From Bacteroidales bacterium (GTDB lineage: Bacteria > Bacteroidota > Bacteroidia > Bacteroidales > JAIPAH01): DNA of 64,000 bases. The stretch covers positions 2,395-66,394 of the forward strand of contig JAIPBX010000002.1 of NCBI GenBank assembly GCA_021738485.1, read 5' to 3'. Positions 1-8,146 of the stretch are shown in pieces. The position numbers and the translations under genes are program-made. Position 1 is the first letter of the stretch. The number at the start of each line of letters is the position of its first letter. The notes under the pieces are model-generated. The model saw nothing but the letters and a program-made list of their open reading frames with translations. It had not been told where the DNA came from and did not search any database.

Positions 1-1023
1 AGTATTATCATTTCTTTCGCCACCTCCTTAAAACTACCCCTGTCTACCACTTATGTCACTTTTATGGTAGCAATGGGCACTTCGCTGTCTGACAAAGCCT
101 GGGGGCGCGAAAGTGCTGTGTACAGAATTTCAGGGGTCATAACAGTCATCGGGGGCTGGTTCTTTACCGCTGTGATAGCTTTTACTGCCGCTTTTATTTT
201 TGCCATGATTATCAGCTTTGGTGACATGATTGCCATTGTCCTGCTGATTGCTGTGGCTATCTTTTTTATCATCAAAACTCATGCGCTGCATAAAAAGCGA
301 GAAACAGAGAAAGAAGAACGCGAAAAGCAAAGAGAATACGACTCAAGGCTTTCCAATCGCCAGAATATCCTCATTCAATGCAGCAGAACAATTCTCGGAA
401 CACTCTCCAGCATCTCCAAAATCTACCAGGATATTATTGAACATGTTTCCAACGAAGACCGGCAAAATCTGAAAGCTACCGGCCGCGAAATGGATACGCT
501 GCGTAAGAGTGCCAAAGAACAAAAAGAGAATTTGTACTTTACCGTAAACAAGCTGGAAGAACACGATATTGACAGCGGACATAATTATGTGCAGGTAGTG
601 GATTATCTCAGGGAGCTTACGCGTTCTATTCGTACAATTTACGATCAAAGCTTTACTCATGTGGATAACAATCATAAAACCTTCACCAAAGAGCAGAGGG
701 AAGAGCTAACGAATCTCGCTAATAAATTGTCCGATTATCTCTTTGAGATATCATCAAATATCAAAAACCATGACCACGGCGACCTGGATGTGGCCAGTGA
801 TAAGAATGAGGAGCTGATAGAGCTGGTCGAATCTATGCGTAAATACCAAATAAAGCGTATTAAAAAGCAGAATGACAGTACCAAGCGAAGTATGCTTTAC
901 CTGTCTATCTTATTTGAAACCAAAAATATTCTCAAAGATACCTGGCATATCCTGAAAATCCAGCAGCGGTTCATACAGAGCGTTGATTATTATAAGGAAC
1001 TGGCGAATAATCATAATTATTAA
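1..1023 (+). CDS. PiT-family inorganic phosphate transporter, C-terminal part (5' end lies off the window) with a long cytoplasmic helical tail
   Basis: Frame 1 is open from base 1 (SIIISFATSLKLPLSTTYVTFMVAMGTSL), matching the PiT signature around P-x-STT-x...G. TM helices follow, then a charged helical region of about 240 aa. Stop at 1021-1023. Confidence 0.6.
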   Translation, partial: SIIISFATSLKLPLSTTYVTFMVAMGTSLSDKAWGRESAVYRISGVITVIGGWFFTAVIAFTAAFIFAMIISFGDMIAIVLLIAVAIFFIIKTHALHKKRETEKEEREKQREYDSRLSNRQNILIQCSRTILGTLSSISKIYQDIIEHVSNEDRQNLKATGREMDTLRKSAKEQKENLYFTVNKLEEHDIDSGHNYVQVVDYLRELTRSIRTIYDQSFTHVDNNHKTFTKEQREELTNLANKLSDYLFEISSNIKNHDHGDLDVASDKNEELIELVESMRKYQIKRIKKQNDSTKRSMLYLSILFETKNILKDTWHILKIQQRFIQSVDYYKELANNHNY

Positions 1024-1028
1024 GGCAT

Positions 1029-2669
1029 TTATTTTTCATACACCTTAGCACCGCCGGAAAAGGTCTGTAATACTTCTGTGCCCGGAATCCGTTCCTCGTT
1101 CACTTTCATGATATCGCGGTCCAGTACAACAAAATCCGCTTTTTTGCCAGGTTCTATGCTTCCTTTTTCCTTTTCTTCAAAGCTTCCCTTCGCTGCCCAT
1201 AGGGTTATAGAACGAAGCGCATTTTTACGGCTAAGGGCGTTCTCCATTTGAAATCCATCTTCAGGATGCCCTTGCAAATTTTTTCTGACCACCGAAGTGT
1301 AAAATGTGTATACCGGGTTAATACCTTCTATGGGAAAATCGGTTCCATTCACCAGCCATCCGTTTTGTTTCATAAGCTCTTTAAGCGCATAGGCTCCCTG
1401 CATTCGCTTTTGGCCAATACGAGCGGGGGCCCATCCCATATCAGAGGTAGCATGCGTGGCTTGCATGGAAGGGATAATATTGTATTTCCCGAATTTATCG
1501 AAATCCTCCGGATGAACGATTTGGGCATGTTCGATACGCCAGCGGCGATCATTATCAGGCTTTAGATATTGGCTGTACTCATTGAGAAGAAATCGCACCG
1601 CCGAGTCACCAATGGCGTGGGTATTCACCTGGTAATTGTTGTTGTAAGCCAATTCAAACATATCACAATAGAAATCCGGTTTATTAACCAAAAGTCCATA
1701 GTTATCCGGGTCGTCTTCATAAGGCTCTAAAAGGCAAGCTCCCCTGGATCCCAAAGCTCCATCCGCATAGAGCTTTATCGAATGGATATGGAGCCGGGTG
1801 GTTTTGTAATGGCCTTTCTTCACGTACGCCTCAATATTCTCCTCGTTGGGGGTAAGCATCACATCCATGCGCATTTTGAGGTCACCGCCTTTTTGGAGGG
1901 AATCAATCACGTCTATCACAGGTTTTTCCAGTCCTGCATCCACCACCGAAGTGAGCCCCACGCTAAAACAATCGTTCTGAGCAGTAAGCAAAGCTTCTTC
2001 TTTTTCAGCCCTTTGCGGAGCGGGAATTTGATCCCGGAGACGATCGGCCGTTCCTTCGAGGAAAACACCGGTAAGTTTGCCGTCGTTGTAGATCGCTTCA
2101 TCTTTTGGAATATCACTTTCAGCCAGCTCCGCCCTTGCTATGGCTTCTTCATTAGCCACCACCGCATGTCCGTCTACCCTTGTCAGAACAACGGGGGTAT
2201 TCGGATACTGTTTATTCAGCTCCCGGTTGGTGGGGAAATCTTTAACGGGCCATTCATTCTGGTCCCACCCCCGACCCAAAAGCCATTCTGCCGGGTTATT
2301 TTTATGATGTTTCTGCAGAATATTCAATATCTCTTCGAAGGAGGAAGTACCTGTCAGATCGGCGTATCGCATTTTATTCACGCCATAGTGATAAAAATGA
2401 CAATGGCCGTCGATAAAGCCAGGATATACGGGTTTTCCTTCCATATCGATCACTTTGCCGGCGTGGTATCTTTGCTCTATCTCTTCATTTTTCCCGACTT
2501 CTATAAATCTGCCATCCTTGACGGCAAAGCTACTCTGGACAGAAAACCCGGCATCCACAGTATATATTCTGGCATTTTTTACAATTAAATCTGCTTTTTC
2601 CATTTTTTGACAAGATGTCGTTAATACAAAAACTACAAATAAGACATATAGCGGGTTCAATTTTTTCAT
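1029..2669 (-). CDS. Amidohydrolase-family (YtcJ-like, Amidohydro_3) metal-dependent hydrolase, lipoprotein
   Basis: 546-aa ORF. Lipoprotein-type signal (MKKLNPLYVLFVVFVLTTSC). GFIDGHCHF metal-binding His-x-His motif, later HAIGD and DGALGSRGA motifs typical of the family. Starts 11 nt after the upstream gene's stop. Confidence 0.8.
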   Translation of the reverse strand: MKKLNPLYVLFVVFVLTTSCQKMEKADLIVKNARIYTVDAGFSVQSSFAVKDGRFIEVGKNEEIEQRYHAGKVIDMEGKPVYPGFIDGHCHFYHYGVNKMRYADLTGTSSFEEILNILQKHHKNNPAEWLLGRGWDQNEWPVKDFPTNRELNKQYPNTPVVLTRVDGHAVVANEEAIARAELAESDIPKDEAIYNDGKLTGVFLEGTADRLRDQIPAPQRAEKEEALLTAQNDCFSVGLTSVVDAGLEKPVIDVIDSLQKGGDLKMRMDVMLTPNEENIEAYVKKGHYKTTRLHIHSIKLYADGALGSRGACLLEPYEDDPDNYGLLVNKPDFYCDMFELAYNNNYQVNTHAIGDSAVRFLLNEYSQYLKPDNDRRWRIEHAQIVHPEDFDKFGKYNIIPSMQATHATSDMGWAPARIGQKRMQGAYALKELMKQNGWLVNGTDFPIEGINPVYTFYTSVVRKNLQGHPEDGFQMENALSRKNALRSITLWAAKGSFEEKEKGSIEPGKKADFVVLDRDIMKVNEERIPGTEVLQTFSGGAKVYEK

Positions 2670-2680
2670 AGTATGAATAT

Positions 2681-4414
2681 TTAATTCATTACAATTACTT
2701 TTTTGTAAATATTTTTTCCGCTATCTGCAAGTGATAGTTGAACGATATAAATACCCCTCTCCCATTCTTTTGCGTCTAGTGAGTGTGTTTCTTTTTCAGG
2801 ATCAGGGTTTTCATTTTCAAAAATCAGTTTGCCACTTGAAGCTGAAAATACCCGTATGCTATCAACACGGGCTTCTCCTGTTTTAATGTGTAGAATATGC
2901 CTGACAGGATTAGGAAGTACCTTGAGAGAAGTTGTTTCTTCCTGCGGGGTTCCAATATTCCCTCTTATGCTGATATCCGTAACCTTCGGGAGATGGTCTG
3001 AAGCTTTACGGGTATCTTCAGCTACCAGGCCATACATATCAAGTCTTTGTTGTGACATGTTACCGGTTTCAAGAATAAAACTCTTTAGCACCTCACTTGA
3101 ACTGTTTGTCATAATCGAAAAATCAAGGCGGCCAGGCCAGTAGGAGCTTTCGTTATCCATCCAGGTCAAAGCATAAGGATTGTCGGAGTGGTATGAAATC
3201 ACATCTTTCAAAGCCGTGCCGTCCCAATCGGGGGCACCGCCTTCCCCAAAGGTAGAAGTGTTTATGATTTCACCGGTCAGCAGTGTTTCTAATTGCTGGG
3301 AGTCGCCAACAAGGTTCAGGTCGCCGGCAAGCATGATAGGCGTATCCTCCGGCAGTTCGATTCTTCCTCCCGTTTCCTTAGCTTCGTTAACAAATTCGAT
3401 AAAGGCATCGGCTTCCCGCTGACGGGCTTCATTTGCATCACAACAGCGAAAATGGGCGCCGGTTATCAGGAAATCATGCATAAAACGCTTATCAGGTAAA
3501 TCGATAAGTGCACCCGTCAGGCGCATATCATTATGAACATGCCAGCTATCACTGATGTCATATCGGGTGGTAATGATATTACCCTGATCCTTTTTTACAG
3601 CACTCCATCCCTCTTCATTGTCAAGGGGCAGGGCCTCATCCATAAATGATTCTACATCTGTAGCCTGTGTATCCCAGCATTCATTAAAAACAATCACATC
3701 CGGATTGATAGCCTGTAAAACACTTTCAATATGAGGTTGCTGAGCGGGTTTCATAATTCCGTCATGCAGAATATTGTAAGACATAACCCGCAGGTGGTTT
3801 TGCTCGGGCCGGCTAATATCAATGGGGTTAAAAGTATTGGTTAATTCGTCATCTATATGATAAGTAAAGGTCTCGCCCGCATTAGGAATAGCATCTTCGC
3901 CATTGTCACTTTTGAGTAAAAGGTTGAAATTGGCCCCTTCGAAAAGATCATCTGTTCCGTTGGGCTGGGCATCTCTCGAAATCATTACCTCAAATTCATC
4001 GGAGGCTACTGTCGGAAGGGCGCTAAAACCAATGTCATTGTGATAAATACGCTCTTTTGATTCGTTGTAATATCCATACCGGCTACCGAATTTCCAGCTC
4101 AATTCGGCTCCCAGATTTTCCACACTATAACCCGTCGAGGAATTTTGATCCGTATCGAGATAAAGTGTGAGGTCGTTGCCGCTATTTAAAAGCATTTCCT
4201 CTTCAAGGGTAAAATTGATATAGATATTGTTTTCGTCGTTGGTGACTTTCAGCGCTAACAATTCAATAGCTCCGCCGTCCTGCCGGGAGTCATCGATTTC
4301 TTCATAGTGTCTGTTCCAATCATCCGTTATTCCGTCAAAAAATATTGTATTCTCTTGTGCGAAACCTATTGCAGCCGAAGCTGCAAACAAAATGAGTAAA
4401 AATTTTTTTATCAT
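2681..4414 (-). CDS. Secreted endonuclease/exonuclease/phosphatase (EEP) family protein with N-terminal beta-sandwich-like region and T9SS C-terminal sorting domain
   Basis: Signal peptide. EEP motifs (VMSYNILHDG, VIVFNECW, LAGDLNLVGD, SDHLPKV). C-terminal LKVLPNPVRHILHIK...YIVQL...KKVIV resembles Por_Secre_tail. Its ATG overlaps the stop of the upstream ABC ATPase (ATGA at 4411-4414). Confidence 0.8.
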   Translation of the reverse strand: MIKKFLLILFAASAAIGFAQENTIFFDGITDDWNRHYEEIDDSRQDGGAIELLALKVTNDENNIYINFTLEEEMLLNSGNDLTLYLDTDQNSSTGYSVENLGAELSWKFGSRYGYYNESKERIYHNDIGFSALPTVASDEFEVMISRDAQPNGTDDLFEGANFNLLLKSDNGEDAIPNAGETFTYHIDDELTNTFNPIDISRPEQNHLRVMSYNILHDGIMKPAQQPHIESVLQAINPDVIVFNECWDTQATDVESFMDEALPLDNEEGWSAVKKDQGNIITTRYDISDSWHVHNDMRLTGALIDLPDKRFMHDFLITGAHFRCCDANEARQREADAFIEFVNEAKETGGRIELPEDTPIMLAGDLNLVGDSQQLETLLTGEIINTSTFGEGGAPDWDGTALKDVISYHSDNPYALTWMDNESSYWPGRLDFSIMTNSSSEVLKSFILETGNMSQQRLDMYGLVAEDTRKASDHLPKVTDISIRGNIGTPQEETTSLKVLPNPVRHILHIKTGEARVDSIRVFSASSGKLIFENENPDPEKETHSLDAKEWERGIYIVQLSLADSGKNIYKKVIVMN

Positions 4415-5415
4415 ACTTCGTTTTTTAAAAAGGATATCAGCGATTCGATACTGGTAAACTTAGTTTGCGTTTTATCCGGCAAAAGTAATAAAATATCATC
4501 TTTTGCCTTGATGACAACCCGGGGTTCCCCCACCCCTTTTTCTGTAGTGTTGAAACCGATACGGGATAAGGCTTTATTGAGCCAAAAAAGATACGGCTGG
4601 GGGCCATCAGTATATATCTCTGAACCGTTGCGGGTTTTTAACAGGAAAGTCCCGGTATATTTATCGAAATAAATATAATCTTTTTCAAAAAAATAATTCA
4701 AAACATTGTTAAGCACCAAATCTTCCGGCGAACCCGTATGTAGCTCCTTCCCTTTATCCATCAACCATATTTGATCGGCCACTTGCAGGGCCAGTTCCAC
4801 GTCATGCGTCGACATTAAAACGGATTTGCCCGTGTCTTTGGCAAGGCCTAATAAAATTTGCATTACTTCTATCTTGCTGGGAAAATCCAGGAAAGCGGTA
4901 GGTTCATCCAGGATGATTACCGGAGTATCCTGTGCCAGGGCCTTGGCAATCATTACTTTCTGTTTTTCACCGTCGGAAAGCTCATCAAAAAAGCGATGCT
5001 TCATCTCTTCAATTCCCACACGCTTCAGGGCTTGCACAACTATCTTCCGGTCATGCTGATCAAAACGGCCGATGATAGATGTGTAGGGATACCTGCCCAT
5101 ACCGACAATATCCAGGACGCGCGAATGGGGTATTTGAATACGATCAGTCAGCACCACACTCATCAGGTGCGAGAGTTTTTTAAAAGAGCGCTCCGTGCGG
5201 GGAGCGCCCATCAGGTATATTTCTCCTTCCAGGGCCTCCACAAATCCCGCCAGTGTTTTAATAAGCGTAGATTTCCCCGCTCCGTTGGGGCCGAGAATAC
5301 AATTCAGTTCCCCTTCGTGCAAAGCCAGGTGCAAACCCCGCTGAAGGTACTGGGGTTGCTTATTCGCTCGGTGGCCAATCGCCAGGTTTCTGGTTTGCAG
5401 CGTTGTGTTGTTCAT
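4411..5415 (-). CDS. ABC transporter ATP-binding protein, iron-siderophore/cobalamin (FecE/BtuD-like) type
   Basis: Walker A GPNGAGKST, signature LSDGEKQK, Walker B VIILDEPTAFLD, H-loop STHD. Has an extra C-terminal domain of about 90 aa. Overlaps the permease stop by 4 nt. Confidence 0.9.
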   Translation of the reverse strand: MNNTTLQTRNLAIGHRANKQPQYLQRGLHLALHEGELNCILGPNGAGKSTLIKTLAGFVEALEGEIYLMGAPRTERSFKKLSHLMSVVLTDRIQIPHSRVLDIVGMGRYPYTSIIGRFDQHDRKIVVQALKRVGIEEMKHRFFDELSDGEKQKVMIAKALAQDTPVIILDEPTAFLDFPSKIEVMQILLGLAKDTGKSVLMSTHDVELALQVADQIWLMDKGKELHTGSPEDLVLNNVLNYFFEKDYIYFDKYTGTFLLKTRNGSEIYTDGPQPYLFWLNKALSRIGFNTTEKGVGEPRVVIKAKDDILLLLPDKTQTKFTSIESLISFLKNEV

Positions 5416-6467
5416 ACCCCCCCTTTTTGTTTAAGAATTACCCATATCACTATGGGAGCCCCGATAATTGAGGTCACTGAATTGATAGGTAAAGCACCCT
5501 CAAATCCGGGCAACCGGGCAATGAAATTACACAGCAAAGCTACGGCTGCTCCGGTAAGAATCACTCCCGGCAATAATAACCTGTTATCCGAACTCATCAG
5601 CAGATTCCGGGTAATGTGAGGAACCGCCAGTCCCAGGAAGGCTATAGGTCCTGTGAAAGCGGTGGTTATCGCAACCAAAAACCCGGAGGCTAGAATCATC
5701 AGTACCCGGATCATTTTGACATTGGCACCCAGGTTCTGGGCATAGTTTTCTCCCAGCATATAGAGATTCATGGGTTTTATAAGAAAAAGCGACACAAGCA
5801 TCAGGAGCACCAGCGTCACAGCAAAGAAGGGTAATTCCGGCAGGGTGAGATTGGAAAAGCTACCCAATCCCCAAATGACATAGGATTTTAAATCGGCCGC
5901 AGTGCTATAGAATTTAAGAATCCCCACCAGCGAGGAACTTGCGTAGCCAATCATAATGCCGATGATAAGCAAAACGGTATTGCTTGACGTATAGCGTGCG
6001 GCCAGCATAATGAGTGCCAGCACACCCAGGGCACCTAAAAAGGCAGCTATGGTCACCCCTACATCCCCCAGTGCTCCGGAAGCTCCCATCGCAATCCCCG
6101 AGATACTGCTTACAATGAGCAATACCAGGGCTACTCCCAGGCTGGCCCCTGAGCTTATGCCCAGCACGGCCGGACCGGCAAGCGGATTTCGAAACAGGGT
6201 CTGCATTTGTAACCCGCTTACAGCCAAAGCCGATCCTGCAATAAGTGCGGTTATTGCCTGGGGAAGGCGTGATTTGATTACAATATTTTCCCAGGTGCTC
6301 ATTCCTGTCTCCCATCCCAGAAGGATTTTTCCTACTCCCTGAAAAGGTATACTAACGGAGCCGGTAGTCAGGTTAAGCAAAAACAGGAAGACGACCCCTA
6401 CCATTAGTATTGCCATCCACATGGCTGTGTGGGAACTTTTTTTTCTTTGCGCGGTAGCTATAGCCAT
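5412..6467 (-). CDS. FecCD/BtuC-family ABC permease
   Basis: Polytopic membrane protein with a FecCD-like sequence. I chose the start at MAIATAQRKK (6467), 5 nt downstream of the binding-protein stop. The longer ORF-track start (6659) would overlap the upstream gene by about 190 nt. Confidence 0.85.
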   Translation of the reverse strand: MAIATAQRKKSSHTAMWMAILMVGVVFLFLLNLTTGSVSIPFQGVGKILLGWETGMSTWENIVIKSRLPQAITALIAGSALAVSGLQMQTLFRNPLAGPAVLGISSGASLGVALVLLIVSSISGIAMGASGALGDVGVTIAAFLGALGVLALIMLAARYTSSNTVLLIIGIMIGYASSSLVGILKFYSTAADLKSYVIWGLGSFSNLTLPELPFFAVTLVLLMLVSLFLIKPMNLYMLGENYAQNLGANVKMIRVLMILASGFLVAITTAFTGPIAFLGLAVPHITRNLLMSSDNRLLLPGVILTGAAVALLCNFIARLPGFEGALPINSVTSIIGAPIVIWVILKQKGGV

Positions 6468-6471
6468 AGGA

Positions 6472-7602
6472 TTAATCCGATAAGGTTTTAAAATACTGCG
6501 GGTGATAGTCTTCCAGTAAATCTCCATGGAAGGCATGGATAAAATCAGCCAGAATAATGTCCGGTTCCAGGGCGCCCTTCTCGTAGTACGGAGTTTTGGT
6601 AACATTGCAGACCAGCACGTTTTTTTGTTGAAAGGCTTTAAAATCGCTGTATCTTTCATCTTCCGCTTTTAACTGGTCATAGCTGTATTTTTGCGGGCTT
6701 TTAACCAGTAATTTCCAGAAATCAGCCTCGGCAGCTTTGGAATACACCGTTTCAAAATCCAGGGAGAGGCTTGCCGTCGCGGTATTGTCTTCCCATAAAT
6801 AGCGGGCTCCTGCATCAGCAAAAAAATGCGCCATATAACTCTCCCCGCCGGGCATATGCCATGTTCCCCCGTAAGGTTTGGCCGAGAAAACCATTGGGCG
6901 GTCCTTAATGCTGTCTGTCAAAGCTTTAAGCTCCCGGTAATGGTTTTCCACCTTATGAAAATACTCCCATGCAATTTCCTGCTTATCATATAGAATGCCC
7001 ATAACTTTGATCCATTCGGCTCTACCCAGGGGATGTTGCTCCAAATAATCAGCATAGGGCAGAATAGTCATACCTAGGGCTTCCAGCTTTTCGTATGACT
7101 GACCTTTGAAGGGTGAAACCAAAATAATTTCAGGAGCCAGCTCAATGAGTATTTCATTGTAAAAATCACCATTACGCCCGACTTCCTTGACTTCACCTTT
7201 TTCCATTTTCGCCTTAAGGGTGGCATTATTCACCTGGTTTTTATTTCCTATCCCTTTAATAGAAGATAATTCCCGCAGCTTTTTTATTGAAGCGATTTGT
7301 GTGCCCGACATAGTAACCATTTCCCTGACGGGAGTCCTGATAATTTCGTAATCATCAACGGCTGAGGGAACTTCTTTATCGCGGGGTAGACATAACACTT
7401 TATGGTTTATTTTCTCCGGGCTCCAGGGATCGTGTAAGAAAATGACGGGATAATCTTTATATTGACCAAATGAGAACCGCGAAGCAAATTCAGGATAGTC
7501 TCGTTCAGTGAGAATTGAGGTTTGCTGATGCTCCTTTTTTCGGTTACACGCCAGCGAAAAAACGAGGAGAATCATTACTGCTGTAAAAATGTATCTTTTC
7601 AT
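6472..7602 (-). CDS. ABC transporter periplasmic substrate-binding lipoprotein (BtuF/Peripla_BP_2-like)
   Basis: I chose the start at MKRYIFTAVMILLVFSLAC (lipoprotein signal) at 7602. The ORF-track extension to 7779 runs through the riboswitch. First gene after a cobalamin riboswitch. Confidence 0.8.
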   Translation of the reverse strand: MKRYIFTAVMILLVFSLACNRKKEHQQTSILTERDYPEFASRFSFGQYKDYPVIFLHDPWSPEKINHKVLCLPRDKEVPSAVDDYEIIRTPVREMVTMSGTQIASIKKLRELSSIKGIGNKNQVNNATLKAKMEKGEVKEVGRNGDFYNEILIELAPEIILVSPFKGQSYEKLEALGMTILPYADYLEQHPLGRAEWIKVMGILYDKQEIAWEYFHKVENHYRELKALTDSIKDRPMVFSAKPYGGTWHMPGGESYMAHFFADAGARYLWEDNTATASLSLDFETVYSKAAEADFWKLLVKSPQKYSYDQLKAEDERYSDFKAFQQKNVLVCNVTKTPYYEKGALEPDIILADFIHAFHGDLLEDYHPQYFKTLSD

Positions 7603-7611
7603 AGTGTTTGC

Positions 7612-7770
7612 TTTTAGCCCGAAAGCATTAACACGCACCAGGTTTCCTGGCTTTCTCCTGCGCATTTTGCGCCTTCCTATAATAAGTGGCTTTATGCAAA
7701 ATACAGTAGCGGAGACTACAGTTGCGGGTACAGCTCCGGATTGACCGGATTCCCTATATGCGATGTTGCA
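7612..7770 (-). promoter_or_regulatory. Cobalamin (B12) riboswitch
   Basis: The minus strand reads ...ATAGGGAATCCGGTCAATCCGGAGCTGTACCCGCAACTGTAGTCTCC...AAGCCACTTATTATAGGAAGGCGCAAAATGCGC.... This contains the conserved core AGGGAA-n-GGT-n-AA-n-CC...CCCGCAACTGTA and the B12-box-like GCCACT...GGAAGGC. It sits directly 5' of the transporter operon. Confidence 0.85.
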
Positions 7771-7833
7771 AAATTGCAAATTCTTTTGTTCATAAACAAC
7801 GTCTTACGATTTAATTCTCTTATCAAAAAAGCC

Positions 7834-7852
7834 TAATTTTGTAATAATTTTG
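7834..7852 (+). promoter_or_regulatory. Two tandem Bacteroidota-type -7 boxes (TAATTTTG x2)
   Basis: TAATTTTG at 7834-7841 and at 7845-7852, both matching TAnnTTTG. They lie 17-28 nt upstream of the ATG at 7869. Confidence 0.45.
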
Positions 7853-7868
7853 TAGACCAAACCGATTA

Positions 7869-8129
7869 ATGCGAGGAACAATGAAACTAACTTTTTTTAA
7901 ATCGCAGGGTCCCCGGCAGTTTCATATTAAGCCCAGATACTACGACCCGGAAAAGGAAGCCCGCGAGCAGCGAAAATGGGAAAGAGAGCAACGGCTTTCG
8001 GGGTCGAGTGGATTGCGGGAGGAGATGGAGCGCAAATGGCATCGCAAAAGGCGAAAAAAATCGATGGGTGTAACTCTCGTCTATTTGGCACTCATTATTT
8101 TGCTATTGATGATTATTATCGGAAGTTAA
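7869..8129 (+). CDS. Small hypothetical protein: Arg/Lys/Glu-rich N-terminal part plus one C-terminal TM helix
   Basis: 86-aa ORF just downstream of promoter-like boxes. Ends in VTLVYLALIILLLMIIIGS. It stops 18 nt before the mutL start. No family recognised. Confidence 0.45.
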   Translation: MRGTMKLTFFKSQGPRQFHIKPRYYDPEKEAREQRKWEREQRLSGSSGLREEMERKWHRKRRKKSMGVTLVYLALIILLLMIIIGS

Positions 8130-8146
8130 ATCGAAAAAAAAGTACT

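Noticed and set aside
1782-2588. 268-aa ORF on the + strand, antisense to the amidohydrolase gene. Similar long antisense ORFs lie at 4858-5619, 13414-13977, 31521-32081, 37919-38476 and 55014-55703.
   Set aside because: Each lies entirely inside a well-supported gene on the opposite strand. Their compositions are low-complexity or odd (rich in Arg, His, Phe, Cys), and I recognise no motif. These are typical shadow ORFs.
6468-6659. N-terminal extension of the permease ORF (ORF-track start at 6659).
   Set aside because: It would overlap the binding-protein gene by about 190 nt and encode a non-membrane, basic peptide. The start at 6467 gives a standard FecCD N-terminus and a 5-nt intergenic gap.
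7603-7779. N-terminal extension of the binding-protein ORF (ORF-track start at 7779).
   Set aside because: The extension is the cobalamin riboswitch read as protein. The internal Met at 7602 gives a proper lipoprotein signal peptide.
7976-8146. Upstream extension of mutL (ORF-track start at 7976).
   Set aside because: Canonical MutL begins at MPDIIQLL (8147). The extension overlaps the small upstream ORF in another frame and has no MutL similarity.
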